Assembly (NCBI RefSeq): GCF_004010195.1
Contig: NC_057719.1
Location: 41,348,522-41,389,828, forward strand
Direction of reading: 5' to 3'
DNA length: 41,307 bases
From: Chiloscyllium plagiosum
Lineage: Eukaryota
Under the pieces are notes generated by a model, which worked only from the letters and a program-made list of their open reading frames with translations, made no database searches and was not told the origin of the DNA. Below are positions 1-12,489 of this stretch, one piece after another. Both the position numbers and the translations under genes were made by a program. Positions within the stretch are counted from its first letter, which is position 1, and the number at the start of each line of letters is the position of its first letter.

Positions 1-218
1 GCTATGTTCCCCTGAGAATCCATCACCCCCTACATTTTCTAAAACAGCATACCTGTTTGAAATGGGTATATCCACAAAAGACTCCTGCACGAGCTGCCTA
101 CCTCTCTTACCCTTTCTGGAGTTAACCCATCTATGTGACTGTATCTGAGACTTTCCCCCCTTCCTATAACTGCCATCCATCACATACTGTTGCTGTTGTT
201 AATTCCTCATCGCTTCTA
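1..218 (-). mobile_element. CR1 LINE ORF1 fragment
   Basis: Minus translation ...RWVNSRKGKRGRQLVQESFVDIPISNRYAVLENVGGDGFSGEHS resembles the CR1 ORF1 'IPISNRYAVL' segment; runs off the window start. Confidence 0.7.
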
Positions 219-252
219 TCAAGGAGGGAATTTATAGGTAGAGCTGGAGGGA

Positions 253-448
253 GTGACTGAGGTCTTTAACAAATTGACAAGGCAGAAGGACATGGCAGAT
301 GGTAAGTCTAGGGATGGCTATATTGATATTTTATGGGATGTCAATCTAAAAAAGGTTTTGGGTGTTTTAAAAAGCATTAAGGTAGACCAGGTCCCAGGAC
401 TTGATGGAATCTATCCTAGAATGCTGAGAGAGACAGCTGAGGAAATAT
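253..448 (+). mobile_element. CR1 LINE ORF2 fragment
   Basis: VLKSIKVDQVPGLDGIYPRMLRETAEEI matches the CR1 KVDKSPGPDGIYPR motif (compare 16392..17027 ORF). Confidence 0.75.
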
Positions 449-450
449 AT

Positions 451-745
451 GCAGAAAGAGGCCATTCGTCCCATTGAGTCTATACTGACACTCCAACCAG
501 CATCCTACCCAGACACATCCTATCCTCATAACCCCATTTACCATAGCTAATCCACCCACCCTACACTTCCTTGGACACTGCGGGTAACTTAATATGATCA
601 AACCACATAATTTGTACAACGTTTTACTGCGGCAGAAAACCAGAGCATCGGAGGGCAGACACAGAGAAAACATGCAAACTCCACACAGACATTCGCCCGA
701 TGCTGGAATCAAACCTGAGTCACTGGCACTGTGAGGCAGCAGTGC
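451..745 (-). mobile_element. HE1-type tRNA-derived V-SINE
   Basis: Reverse complement reads gcactgctgcctcacagtgccagtgactcaggtttgattccagc...gtctgtgtggagtttgcatg, as in the other SINE copies. Confidence 0.85.
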
Positions 746-753
746 AAATCAGT

Positions 754-901
754 GATGTGCAGGTTAGAATGGATTAGCCATAGTGAATGTGGGATTATGG
801 GGATAAAGTGGGGGATTGGGTCTAGATGGGATGTTCTTTGAAAGGTTGATGCAGACTCGATGGGCCAAGTTGGCTCTTTCCACACTGGAGGAATTCTATG
901 A
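754..901 (+). mobile_element. HE1-type SINE, 3' half
   Basis: gatgtgcaggttag...gatgggcc...gaattctatga tail; opposite orientation to 451-745. Confidence 0.75.
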
Positions 902-910
902 CTTTTACTA

Positions 911-1920
911 GAAATGGGGATGTTTGCTGATGATTACACAATTTTCAGAATCATTTGCAAATCCTCATAAACTGAAACAGTTCATGTCCAAATGCTGCTT
1001 CAAGAACTGGATAATATCCAGATTTGGGCTGATAGGTGGCAAGTAACATTCCTGTGAGACAAATGTCAGGCAGTGACCATCTTCAACAAGAGAAAATCTA
1101 ACCATTGGCCATTGACATTCAATAACACCAAGTAGCAACATCATGTGGCTTACTATTGGTCAGAAATTGAACTGGAACAAGCCATATAAAGACTATGGCT
1201 TCAAAAGCATGTAGTCCCAAAGAGTAGGCATACTGCAACAAGTAACTCACCTCCTGAGTCTACAAAGCTTGTTCACTACTTATAAGTCAAAAGTCAGGCA
1301 GACGGTGGAATTCTCCCCATTTGCCTGGATGAGTGTAGATTCAAAAAGCTTGATATCATCCAGAGAAAAGCAGCTCACTTAATTAGTGCCACATCCACAA
1401 CATGCACTCCCTCTAACACCAATGCTCAATAACAATAGTTGTACCATCTCCAAGATGCACTTTAGAAAATCAACAAGACATCATAGACAGAACCGTCCAA
1501 ACCCCACTAGAATCTGTAAGAAGAAGAGCATCAGATACATGAGAAGACCACCATCAGCAGGTTGGAGGGGAATTTGCTGATGGTGGTCTTCTCATGTATC
1601 TGATGCTCTTCTTCTTATAGATTCTAGTGGGGTTTGGACGGTTCTGTCTATGATGTCTTGATGATTTTCTAAAGTAATTCCCCTCCAACCCGCTCACCAT
1701 TCTTACTTGGAAATATACTGCTGGTCCATCAGTGTCTCTTTGTCAAAATCCCAGAACTCTCCCCCTGAAGTCATTGCAGTTACCCCCAGTACACAGTCTA
1801 TAGTGGTTGAAGAAGGTTGAATGACTCACTCACCACCTTCTCAAGGGTGATTAGGGATGGACGATAAAGGATTTGAAAAATACCAATAGTTCCATATCCC
1901 AAAAATGAATAACAAGAAAA
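911..1920 (+). mobile_element. CR1/L2-group LINE 3' fragment (RT C-terminus plus 3' tail)
   Basis: MFADD...LDNIQIWADRWQVTF...KCQAVTIFNKRKSNHWPLTFN; A-rich tail near 1905-1922; same family as 12490-14154. Confidence 0.8.
1459..1690. repeat. 101-bp inverted duplication with a crossed 15-bp inverted segment
   Basis: 1459-1559 and 1575-1675 are reverse complements with 2 mismatches; spacer 1560-1574 is the reverse complement of 1676-1690. Confidence 0.95.
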
Positions 1921-1987
1921 AAGTCAGGAGTCAGTCCCTAGGGAGGATGGCTGGAACAGTAGAGTCTTCTCACCATAACATCTTCGG

Positions 1988-2167
1988 GAATGGAATGCAC
2001 TGTCTGGAAGGGTGGTGCAAGTAGGTACAATTTTAACTTCCGAAAGGGAATTGGGTAAACACTTAAATCAAAACATTTGGTGGATGATAGGGAAAGGGCA
2101 GTGGAATGGGAGTAATTGGGTAAGGCTTCAAAAGACTGAGGCTTAGCAAATTGGACCAAATGGTCTC
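1988..2167 (+). mobile_element. Old CR1 3' end
   Basis: tggaatgcactgtctggaagggtggtg (WNALS.RVV-like)...ggaccaaatggtctc tail. Confidence 0.6.
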
Positions 2168-4030
2168 AAAACATTCTCTGACTCCTTGACACACAGGAAG
2201 TTGGACTGTGCATCAGATCTGGACAAATGATCATTTCTGAACACTGCTTGGCTGCCTTGGTTTTGAATTTCTCCATAAATTAAATCTTTAGACTTGGTGC
2301 CTGTTTTGGGGCACAGGTTAACAAATTGCAAACTTGTTCATAACATGAGGCTGACAGTATGCAATGTCCAAAAGAATGGTTTCAGTGCCCAACTCAGCTG
2401 AACTGGGTTGCTGGGTAGCTGTAGACACAACAGGGGCTCTTACAAGCATGGTTATCACATCTTCGGGCTTGACTTCAGCTCCGATACACAATCTGCTCCT
2501 TTTAAAAGGCAAGCAGCACTGATTCACAGAAGGATGCTGTTGAATTCTATTGCAACAATTCTGAAGGGAAATTGAAGCTCTGCAAGGGCCAAGTGGACCA
2601 TGTCAGAAATAGGCAGAAGGGCAGCAGCATCATTTCCTTGTTTTTGGGATTCATGTCATTACAAAGCTCTATTTAAAATTAACAAAGCAAATACAGCTTA
2701 TTCTTCATATTATTCTGAGATCTGTCAACAATGTTCATAGTAAAGGCATCTGCACAATCCAAGGTCTGCTGTCCATATATCTAAACACTGAGAAGTGATG
2801 GCTGTCAGCAGACACACAAAATAGCCAATAGCCAGAAATAGAAACAGAGCAAAATCCAGTCTGGAGTTATGTTGTTCAAAAATAAAAGGATGCTGTATCA
2901 CATGCCTTAAGCTACATTTCAACTCTGGAGTTAAAGTATGAAGATTCCTGTCTTTGCTAATTTTAGAACAACATGCAGTTGAGTAAAAGTTTTGCTCAAA
3001 GTAGTAAATCTCAAGTTTTTCAGAATTACATCCATGTGTAATTTCAACTACATAGACTTTATTTTATGTAAAACATGCGGTATTGTCTTTATAACATATG
3101 TTCTGTTGAAAGCAGGTTAATGTTATCAAGAAATGAAAAGGAAAGACTATGGGTTAAAACTTATTTGAGTGATGTGGGCTATGATGAGATGTGGAGCAGA
3201 ATCAGGTGGCAAGTACAATGAGACCTCTCTCGAGATTGTGATCATCCTACTCCATCTTTTATGCTTTTTGCAAGCAGTGTGATGAATTCTGGCTAAGTGA
3301 AATTCCAAAAGATGGAAATTAATACTTTTTAGTTAGTCTTTAATGCCACAACTCACTCCATTAATGTACAGACTTTTATTTTATCAAACTCATCAAACAA
3401 GCTCAACATCAACATGGAAAGCTAATGGATTCAATGTGCCACTTGCTCCAGACAACTGCCATAGTGAAAACTGAGCATTAACATCTTACAGCACACCCTA
3501 TGGGCACCAACCACATGCACCACGTGTTCATGGACATTGACATCTGACTTGTGCCACCCTCTGGGAACCGTCATGACCCACATTCAATTCACTTATAGGC
3601 CACCACTGCATTTCAAAACTGCAGCACACACTGTACTAGAACTCTTACTGTAAAACTGCAGTGAGGAGATTGTGTGCTCAGGGACATACATCTAGCTCAT
3701 GGATTGGATCAGGCTGTATTGGTTGGCTTTTTGCTTGCTGTAATAGTGCTTGCTCCCTCTGAGCATACCTGGATGCTCACAGCATCTCTGCCTTGCATTG
3801 CCTTGTCTTTTTTTTGTGCTTTTTTCCCTCACCCAGAGATACAAGACTCATATTATTGCTGTATTATCATGCTGTTTAGAGCAGACACAAAGCCAGGAAG
3901 CTTCTCATTGTTGTCAGCATGCCTCAAACAAACCAAGGGATATAACCTTTGCTCAGGAGTCCCTGGCACAATAAGTCAGGGGTAGCTTCCAATGCACGGC
4001 TGGTCAGAGTCAGCAGCCTCTCATAAAAAC

Positions 4031-4520
4031 ATTGAAAATAGAAGTAGGCTATTCGGCCCTTCAAGCCAGCTTCAGCATTTATTATGATCATGGCAGATCA
4101 CCCAATTCAATAGCCTGCTCCCACTTTTTTCTCTTTGATCTAATCTTTGATCCCTTTCACCTCAAGAATTATACCCAAATCTTTGAAATCACATAATCAT
4201 AGAATTGCAGAATCATAGAATACCTACAGTGTGGAAATGGGCCATTTGACCCATTGAGTCTCTACTGACCCTAGGAAGAGCAGCCCCCACCTCCTAAGAC
4301 CCACCACCCTACCCTATCCCTGTAACCCTGCATTTCCCATGGCTAAGCTACCCAGCCTATATATCCCTGATAATGTTTTGACCTCGACTGCTTTCTGTGG
4401 TAATGAATACCACAAGCTCCCCACTACCTGGGTGAAGAAATTTCTCCTCAAGTCAGTCCTAAATAGTTTGCCCCATATCCTTAGACTGTGCCCTGGTTTT
4501 TAATTCCCCATGATGAGGGG
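4031..4520 (-). mobile_element. CR1 3' end interrupted by a SINE
   Basis: gtaggctattcggcccttcaagcc...ctgggtgaagaaatttctcctc; resumes after the SINE at the duplicated 'ataat'. Confidence 0.7.
4198..4369 (-). mobile_element. HE1-type SINE, 3' part
   Basis: catagaatacctacagtgtggaaatgggcc...cctatccctgtaaccctgcatttcccatggcta. Confidence 0.75.
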
Positions 4521-4845
4521 TAAGGAGCTCAATGTCGGGCAGCCCACCTCCTGTTCTGATTCTTTCTGTCCTCTTGTGGGTTGTTTTCCTCCTGGCTCTT
4601 GCAGGAGATTCATTTGGCACAGTGGTAGGACTTTGTATAGTTGGAGAGGTGTCCTGAACAAAGGGGTAAGGAGTGCAGAGGATATTTCACAATAGTGGTG
4701 TTGTGGGTTGGGGTTGGTGAAAGTGAGTGAGGAACATATTGTAGGTAATAGTTAGAGGGATGGAGCAAGCACCTTGGTGGAAGGAGGGTACAGTAGCAGA
4801 GATAGAGTGTGTGTGAGGTATCAGAGAGAAGATGGTGGCACTTAC

Positions 4846-5070
4846 CCTGGCAAAGTGCAGAAGAACATTGATATTCTTCTTATAGTGCTGTGCACTTCTC
4901 CAGATGGCTGAAACTGCTTTAACCCCAATGGCAACCTTAGACCAATCTGCCAAGGCTGGGTGTCTGGTAGTCCTATGAGAGGAGATAGTTCCACACTGGC
5001 ACCAATATGTTCTGCAGGACCTCCAGGACCATGCTCGTAGAGTGAATGCCAAATTCTTCCTGGCTGCCAC
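4846..5070 (-). pseudogene. Harbinger Myb/SANT-like DNA-binding gene, exon 1 remnant
   Basis: WSKVAIGVKAVSAIWRSAQHYKKNINVLLHFAR fits the Myb/SANT-like W..VA..V.A....R...Q..K..NDL pattern; ends at donor CAGG|GTAAGT (4846/4845); frameshifted upstream. Confidence 0.65.
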
Positions 5071-5869
5071 GTGCAGGGAAAATGTCAGGAACTGTGCAGG
5101 GCAGCTTTGTACTGACTGTGCTTACCCAAACACACAATGAGCTTTGAAAGATCGTGCAAGGAATACTTGTGAATTATGAGATAGATGCTGAGTGGTGAGT
5201 GGTTCGAGAATGACATGGGTAAGATGTGTTGGAAATTGAATGTGACAGTCGCCATAGCAACAGCGTAAGTAATTAATGAGGAGAGTTTGATAAAATAGGG
5301 CAAGAAAAGTAGTGAGGCCTTCTGGTGAAAAATTCTCTAAAAAACTAACACAACTCGGACTTAGCTATAAAAAAAAGTAAGTTTCAGTCCAGTGGTTCTA
5401 TTGCATGTGCACCCTGGACATGTTTTACTTCATTTTCTGATTCAGCTCTTTAAAATGTTATTTACTGCAGAGTTTCATGTTGTTGGCCTTTCCAAGAGAT
5501 TAACAGAACAGCCAAGCCTCCGAGATCGAAGCAGAGGGTAAACAGGTAGGAAAGTTAATTCTGCAAACAATGCCTGAGGCTTGTTGGAATTTGGGTCCAA
5601 AGACTCAGCTCCCAGTGCGATATAAGTCTTCTGTTGACTAAAGGTCTTTTTTCAATGTTTAATTACTTTGTTGTTTACTGTACCTTTAACCTCATTTATA
5701 ATGAAAACAGTGGGAGGAGACTTGTGTGGACCATAGGGACTAACATGGACTAGTTGGGACAAATGGTCTGTTTCTGTGTCAGCTAGTGAGACACACACAT
5801 CCTAAATGAGTGCTTGTTAGTAGTTACATTTTGAGGGTGAAATCATGAAAAAGAACATCCCAACAACCA

Positions 5870-6980
5870 AAGTTCCCATGGGAGACTGGTTAGCAAGGCT
5901 AGATCTCATGGAATACAGAGAGAAGTAGCCATTTGGATACAGAACTGGCTCAAAGGTAGAAGACAGAGGGTGGTGGAGGTGGGTTGCTTTTCAGATTGGA
6001 GGCCTGTGATCAGTGGAGTGCCACAAGGATCGGTGCTGGGTCCACTACTTTTCGTAATTTATATAAATGATTTGGATATGAACATAGAAGGTATAGTTAG
6101 TAAGTTGCAGATGACACCAAAATTGGAAGTGTAGTGGACAGCGAAGAAGGTTACCTCAGATCTTGGCCAGACGGGCCAATGGGCTGAGGAGTGGCAAATG
6201 GAGTTTAATTTAAATAAATGCGAGGTGTTGCATTTTAGAAAAGCAAGTCAGAGCAGGGCTCATACACTTAATGGTAAGGTCCTGGGGAGTGTTGCTGAAC
6301 AAAGAGACCTTGGAGCATAGGTTCATAGTTCCTTGAAAGTAGAGTCACAAGTAGATAGGATAGTGAAGAAGGCATTTGGTATGCTTTCCTTTACTGGTCA
6401 GAGCATTGAGTATAGAGGTTGGGAGGTCATGTTGAGGCTGTACAGGACATAGGTTAGGCCACTTTTGGAATAGTGCAATCAATTCTGGTCGCCTTCCTAT
6501 TGGAAGGATGTTGTGAAACTTGAAAGGGTTCAGAAAAGATTTACAAGGATATTGCCAGGATTGGAGTGTTTGAGTTATAGGGAGAGGCTGAATAGGTTGG
6601 GGCTGTTTTCCCTGGAGCTTCGGAGGCTGAGGGATGACCTTATAGAGGATTATAAAATCATGATGGGCAAAGATAGGATAAATAGACAAGGTATTTTCCC
6701 TGGGGTTGGGGAGAACTAGAGGGCATAGGTTTAGGGTGAGGGGAAAAGATATAAAATGGGCCTCGAGGGTGTGTGGAATGAGCTGCCAGAGGAAGTGGTG
6801 GAGGTTGGTGCAATTACAGCAATTAAAAGACATCTGGATGGGCATATGAATAGGAAGGGTTTAGAGGGATATGGGCTATGTGCTGGGAAATGGGGCTAGA
6901 TTAGGTTAGGATATCTGGTCGGCATGGACGTGTTGGACCAAAGGGTCTGTTTCTGTGCAGTATATCTCTGTGACTCTATA
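5870..6980 (+). mobile_element. CR1 (HER1-like) LINE, 5'-truncated, RT to 3' tail
   Basis: [48 protein letters not shown]; tail ctctgtgactctata; stops and frameshifts. Confidence 0.95.
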
Positions 6981-7194
6981 ACCAAAGTGGAAACATAGCA
7001 CCAAAGAACATGGCAGCAATAGTGAGCAGCTAATAAGACAGAGCTTAGGAGCGAGTGAGTCAGAGAGTTAAATGGGAGTGTGAATATAGTGAGACAGTAA
7101 CAAATTTGTGAGACATATAACAAATTGTCAGCAATTGTTTCTAGTGAGGCAGACTATTAAGTGAACTTTAAAGTAATACAAAGAAAAGCAGACA

Positions 7195-7512
7195 TCGGGG
7201 CCAGGCATAGGGCCCATCAAGTCCACACTGACCTTCCAAAGAGGACCCCACCCAGATCCTAGCCCCACTGCCTAGTCCTTGCAGCCTTGCATTTCTCACG
7301 GCTAATCCACCAAGCCAGCATATCCCTGGACTCGATGGGCAATTTAGCACGACCAATCTTTGGATTGTGGGAGGAAACCGGAGCCCCCAGAGGAAACCCA
7401 CACAGACTCAGGGAGAATGTGCAAATTCCAAACAGACTGTTGCCTGAGGTTCTAATCTGGGTCCCTGGCATTGTGAGGCAGCAGTGCTAAGCACTGAGCC
7501 AGCATGCCACCC
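7195..7512 (-). mobile_element. HE1-type SINE
   Basis: Head (reverse complement) ggtggcatgctggctcagtgcttagcactgctgcctcac with conserved central domain. Confidence 0.85.
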
Positions 7513-7542
7513 TAATCACAGCCTAATACAGCGACAGTGTTT

Positions 7543-7764
7543 GAGATCAGAGTCAAGACTATAGTGTTGCTGGAAAGGCAGAGCAGGTCAGGCAGCATCT
7601 GAGGAGCAGGAAAATCAACATTCCGGGCAAAAGCCCTTCATCAGGAATGATGTTCGAAACATCGATTTTCCTGCTCCTCATATGCTGCATGACCTGCTCT
7701 GCTTTTCCAGCACCACTATAATCTTGACTCTGATCTCCAGCATCTGCAGTCCTCACTTTCGCCT
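7543..7764. mobile_element. Fold-back PLE terminal-repeat unit (family A), degenerate HHR
   Basis: Inverted arms 7543-~7625 / ~7655-7737; minus CTGATGAaGGGCttttGCCCGGAA; flanks agtgtttgaga / agtatttgaga. Confidence 0.85.
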
Positions 7765-7889
7765 AGTATTTGAGAACATATTGAGTGGAAAAGGTTTTAC
7801 CTCAGTATTAGCATCTAGCTTTGGAATCTTCCAACTGATCAGGCCCTGTATTTTTTCATCCAGCAAGTTTGCTCATGAATCCATTTAGA

Positions 7890-9292
7890 GAGAACAGGTG
7901 AAATGAAAGATGTACAAAGCCAAGCTTTGAAGCTGCAGTGTGGCTGGAAGTGGCTGGGGGAGAAATGTGGTCCCTTATTCAGGAACGCAGTGCTGAAAGA
8001 GGTTCAAGAAGCTCATCAGGGCTGGAAGGATGACTGGCTTCTTGTATTTAAGTACAAAGGTCCTCGCTCTGACTTCAGCAGCTTGCTCCTACACAACAAT
8101 CATCAGGCTGACTCAGCTCCACTCAATCCTCTCACTTGAGGCACCTCCTCACATCCACATCACTGATACCCTCATTTATTGCTGTCTCACACCCATCCCT
8201 CACAATCACCATCTGCAAATCTTGTCCTTCTATTCTCACACTCACAACTCTCTGATTTTTGGCTTTGCAGGAAAAGAGACCTTCAAGGGGGAAGTAGAGA
8301 ACAGTGCTCTGCCCTCTGATAAGGGGTAGCTTGACTGCTGGCCAGGGGGAGGCACTAAAATTAGCAAGCTGTCAGTGTGCCTGGCCACAGGAAATGGGAG
8401 AGCTTTGAGTCTTTCAGCTACCCAGTGACAGAATTAGACATCAGACAGCCACATGGCACACAGCAATCAATCATGTTGAATTGATGTCAGCACTGACTGA
8501 AATATGATAATCTGCACCATGATGACTTTGAACCTTTACTCCCTGTCAGGTTTAATTCATGTCTTTCATCTCCCACAGGTCCTTCAAGTGTCATTCAGGA
8601 ATTGGTGCTGGAGAAGAATAAACACAAGTTCAGAGCTCCCTGCACCTTTACATGACTCACATACACCCTCTATCAGCTCAGACAAAAACCACTCGGTGGG
8701 ACCTTCGAGGCAAATAATTGGATTTTCACACAATAATGCACTCCTCGTGAGTGAACAGGTGCAGATGTTGAAGAGAAGGACAGCAGTGGAGAGTACCTGT
8801 CAAAAGGTAAGGCCCCTCAAAGGTCTATTCAGCGAACTCTAAGCCTTAGGGGTCATCGACCAAGAGGATTATTTTGGAAGCAGCAGCAGTAAATGTGGGA
8901 GGATATTTCCAGGAAGTGCATCGATGAAGGCAAACTGGAGGAGTCCATCTGCACATGAGTGTCAGGCCTTTGTTGATGGCCATTTCCAGGGAAAGACTGG
9001 CAACTCAGATGCCACTGAATCTGTGTTGGTCTCACCAATGATCTGCATAGTCAGCCTGTCAGTTTAAATCTTGCCTTGGAGATTCAATACATCACTGCAG
9101 TGCTCTCCAACACTTGGCTGGCAGAGATGTGCAGGTCTGCCATGTGAAGGAAGATGGAGAAGTAGGACATGGATGTGATTTTTGACAGCCAGGGTTCTAC
9201 ATAGTAACTATCGCCCAGTCTGCCTCTACACAGGTGGAGCTGTCATTGGCTGCTCAGTCACCAGCTGCAAAAGCCAGCTGATGTCTACCATA
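7890..9292 (+). pseudogene. Harbinger Myb/SANT-like accessory gene remnant (multi-exon)
   Basis: WLEVAG...QC*KRFKKLIRAG (about 7941-8026); acceptor ttgcag|GAAAAGAGA at 8270/8271; acceptor cccacag| at 8578/8579 followed by PSISSDKNHSVGP; appears to continue at 10262-10320 after the PLE insertion. Confidence 0.6.
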
Positions 9293-10250
9293 GTTAGAGA
9301 TTTAAAAAACTGCAGATACTGCATCCGTAGTAGACAAGCAGGAGGCTGAAAGAACACAGCAAGCCAGGCAGCATCAGGAGATGCAGAAGTCAATGTTTTG
9401 GTGATAACCCTTCTTCAGGACTGGGGTGTGGGGACAGGGGGAGCTGCAGATAAAGTGGGGACCTTTAGGGTTTTAGGTGGGAAGAGGGTCAGAATGGTGA
9501 GGCAGGGATAGGTGAACACAAGTGATAGGTACGACCTGGTTGGTGAATGGGAAGAATGAATTCAGTTGGTAACTGGAAGGAAGGGTCAGTAGGTGGAATG
9601 GAAGGGAGGAGGCAGGGGAGGAAAGGGAGTCATGGGATGGGTGGGAAGGGAGCCGAGGGATGGATGGGAAGGTTATTTGAAATTGGAGAACTCAATGTTG
9701 CGGAAGATAAGGTGCTATTCTTCCAATTTGCGGTCTGATTCACTGTGGCAATGGAGGAGGCCGAGGATGGACATATCAGAAAGAAATTGGGAAAGAGAAT
9801 TGAAATGGGTGGTAACTGGGAGGTCAGGCTGACCATTCCGGGCCCCATTGAGGATCTCAGTGAAACGTTCCTAAGTCTACTTTTGATCTTACTGATGTAG
9901 AGAAACCCACATCGGGAGCATCAGATACAGTAAACTAGGGTAGAGGAGAGGAACTTCTGTCTCACTGGAAGGACTGTTTGGGGCACTGGATGGAGATGAG
10001 AGGGGTGACGTGCCCACAGGTTTTGCATCTTTTACTGTTGCAGGGGAAGGTACCGGGGGTTGGGGACGTGGTGGGGAGAGTGGCATGAGCCAAGGAGTGG
10101 CAAAGGGAATGACCCCTGCAGAAGACAGAGAGGGGTGGGGAGGGGAAGATGTTCTTGTTGGTGGGGTCTAGTTGGAGTTGGCGGATGCGTTTGAGGATGA
10201 TACGGTGGATGCGGAGGCTAGTGGGGTGGAAAGTGAGAACAAGGGGTCCC
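9293..10250 (-). mobile_element. Penelope-like element 3' part (GIY-YIG endonuclease plus terminal repeat)
   Basis: Minus LVYCI*CSRCGFLYISKIKSRL resembles the GIY-YIG motif VYCI.C..C...YIGET; degenerate HHR CTGAAGAagggttatcaccAAAA; TSD tgtctaccata (9282-9292) / tgtctaccgta (10251-10261). Confidence 0.85.
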
Positions 10251-10344
10251 TGTCTACCGTAAACATCTTAAATACCAGAGCAAGGGAAGGAAAAGCCTGC
10301 CTCTAACTCCGCTGAAGGTACAGTTATAGGACAAAAAGGAATTG

Positions 10345-11400
10345 TCTGCAATAGCTGTCACTCAATTTGCAGATGATGTCTGCTCCATTTGTAGGTTCCT
10401 ACCGTGCATCTTTGTGTGACTGAACAGGCTGATTCTTGATCGTTAAGTAGATGGGGCAGGATGTGCCACGGGATAGTGGTCCCCGGAGTGCAGGATCTAC
10501 TTCCGTTTCTTTCCTATTCTGCTGCTGCTTGTAACTCAAAGGATATTGTAATTCAAAGCAACATGCAGCTTCATGGACAAACTTCCGTCTATGAAACAAT
10601 TGGATGCAAACTTCTCCCACTCATTAATGTCAATATTGCTGCACTTCAAGGTGATCTGCAGAGTGTTTATGTAAACTTTTAGTTGACCTTTTCAGAATGC
10701 TGGCTATCTAAGAGTTGAGAAAACAGGACCTAGTGGGGGAAGGTTGATTGTTGCAGCCATTTAGACAGTTTCCAGTTTATTTTTCAGGAGTTTTACCAAA
10801 CTGCTCATGGGGCTGGCTTCAAGAACATTGGAGTTTGTTCAATCAACCTCCCATTGAATCTGAAGGAAATACTGCTGGTGGAATTTCTCATCTACTCTCA
10901 TGCATCATAGATGCATAGGTCAGGTCTCATGTGGGTGGCATGATGGCTCAGTGGTTAGCACTGCTGCCTCACAGCACCAGGGACCTGAGTTTGATACCAG
11001 CCTTGGTTGACTCTGGATGCTCTGGTTTCCTCCCACCTTCCAAAAATGTGCAGGTCAGGTGAATTGGCCATGCTAAATTGCCCATTGCGTTAGGTGCATT
11101 AGTCAGGGGTAAATATAGGGTAAAGCCAGGTGGGTTACTCTTCAGAGGGTCAGTGTGGACTTGTTGGGCCAAATGGCTTGTTTCCTCACTATAGGTAATC
11201 TAATATACAGAGCGTGGTGACCTACTCTGTACATTAGGATTAACTTTTTTTCTGGCTTGCTGAGGTCTTTGTCAGCAAACATTTATTGCTGTAGTTTGAG
11301 AGAGGCTGAACTGGCTCAATTGATCTGGTAGTAGATCAGCTTGTCAGTAGTGGCCTTTTGAGAGAGATGGGGCAATTCCCTAAGTCTTTCCTTCAATATG
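10345..11400 (-). mobile_element. RTE-clade LINE 3' fragment (interrupted by SINE)
   Basis: Minus LSQKAT.DK.I...FADKDL; VLFSQL...ITLKCSNIDINEWEKFAS...FVHEAACCFE; ISLFSHTKMH resembles the RTE C-terminal IGL.SH.RTH. Confidence 0.75.
10933..11204 (+). mobile_element. HE1-type SINE (internal deletion)
   Basis: A box tggctcagtgg, B-box-like gagtttgatacc, tail taatctaat. Confidence 0.9.
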
Positions 11401-12489
11401 ATTTAGAGATGGAATATTCAACTGGTGAAGTGTGAGTTTTATTTTGACATCCAAGCACAGAATAAGAGTTTCTTGCATGCAGGATTGAAGAGATCAAGAG
11501 AATCGAGAATCCCTGAGTCCCTACACACTCAGGTCCCCCCGCCATGTTAATCTGACATCCTTGTGACATTACGGATAACAAAATTGTTCAGTTTTTACCA
11601 CACTACAGAACTCACCTATAAAGCGATAAAAGCACAAACTCAGAACAAGTCCTGTGAGCAAAAGCATGTCATCAACATAAAGAAGCAGCTCTGAAACACC
11701 TCAGCACTGAAAGGATTTTCAATCTGTTCATTTCATAGTCCTAACAGTGCCACCATCCTGACTTGTCCAACCTGGCACATTTCAGCCAGCTTGGGAAATG
11801 CTGCACACTGGTAGTTAATGCCAAATCCAAGGCTAGCGATGTGGCCAATTGTTAATAACATATGTTGGTGACAGACGCACTTGGCCCATGGGGATTTCCC
11901 ATGTGCTAACAAACAAACAAACACAAGTTGAATACAGAGGTTGGCAGATTACTGCTGACTTGCTGTCATGTTGTCAAATTTTGCTTCTTTAAACACCCAC
12001 ACATACCAGCGTCTGACCAATCGGGCATGATCACATTCAATTCCACTAACTTGGAAAAAAAGGTTCGAGATGCAATAAGTTTTAAACAAGCTCAGAGGCT
12101 GAAGAGAAAGGGAGATGGGAGGAAGAACCAAAGGGCTGTTCTGTTAATGTGGAAGGGAGCAGAGATTAAATGATAAAAGGGATGTTGTACAAAGGACAAA
12201 TGAACATTCTAATGTAGTTCCAGCCAGACTGATATCCAAGAACAAATTGCTGTGAAGAAAGCAGTTCCTCAAGAGAAAAGGTGGCACTGGAAGAGCAACA
12301 TAGCTAGTAGGAATGAATTCATTATTGTTCAAGTCACCATTGTGTATTCATCAGAGTCCAATGAATGGTACTAATTCTCTTTGTGTAGATACCATTCTAT
12401 GATTGTTAAATATTCTTTAATCCTCTGATTAAATGCCAAATCACTGACTCCACATTACTACAGGATGTATAACAGCAGGTACTACAGGA

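Noticed and set aside
2143..2640. Short minus-strand ORFs as host exons
   Set aside because: No recognisable domain, frames are discontinuous, no convincing splice-site pair
5471..5545. Possible exon between ctgcag| and |gtagga
   Set aside because: Peptide not recognisable; such splice-like pairs are common by chance
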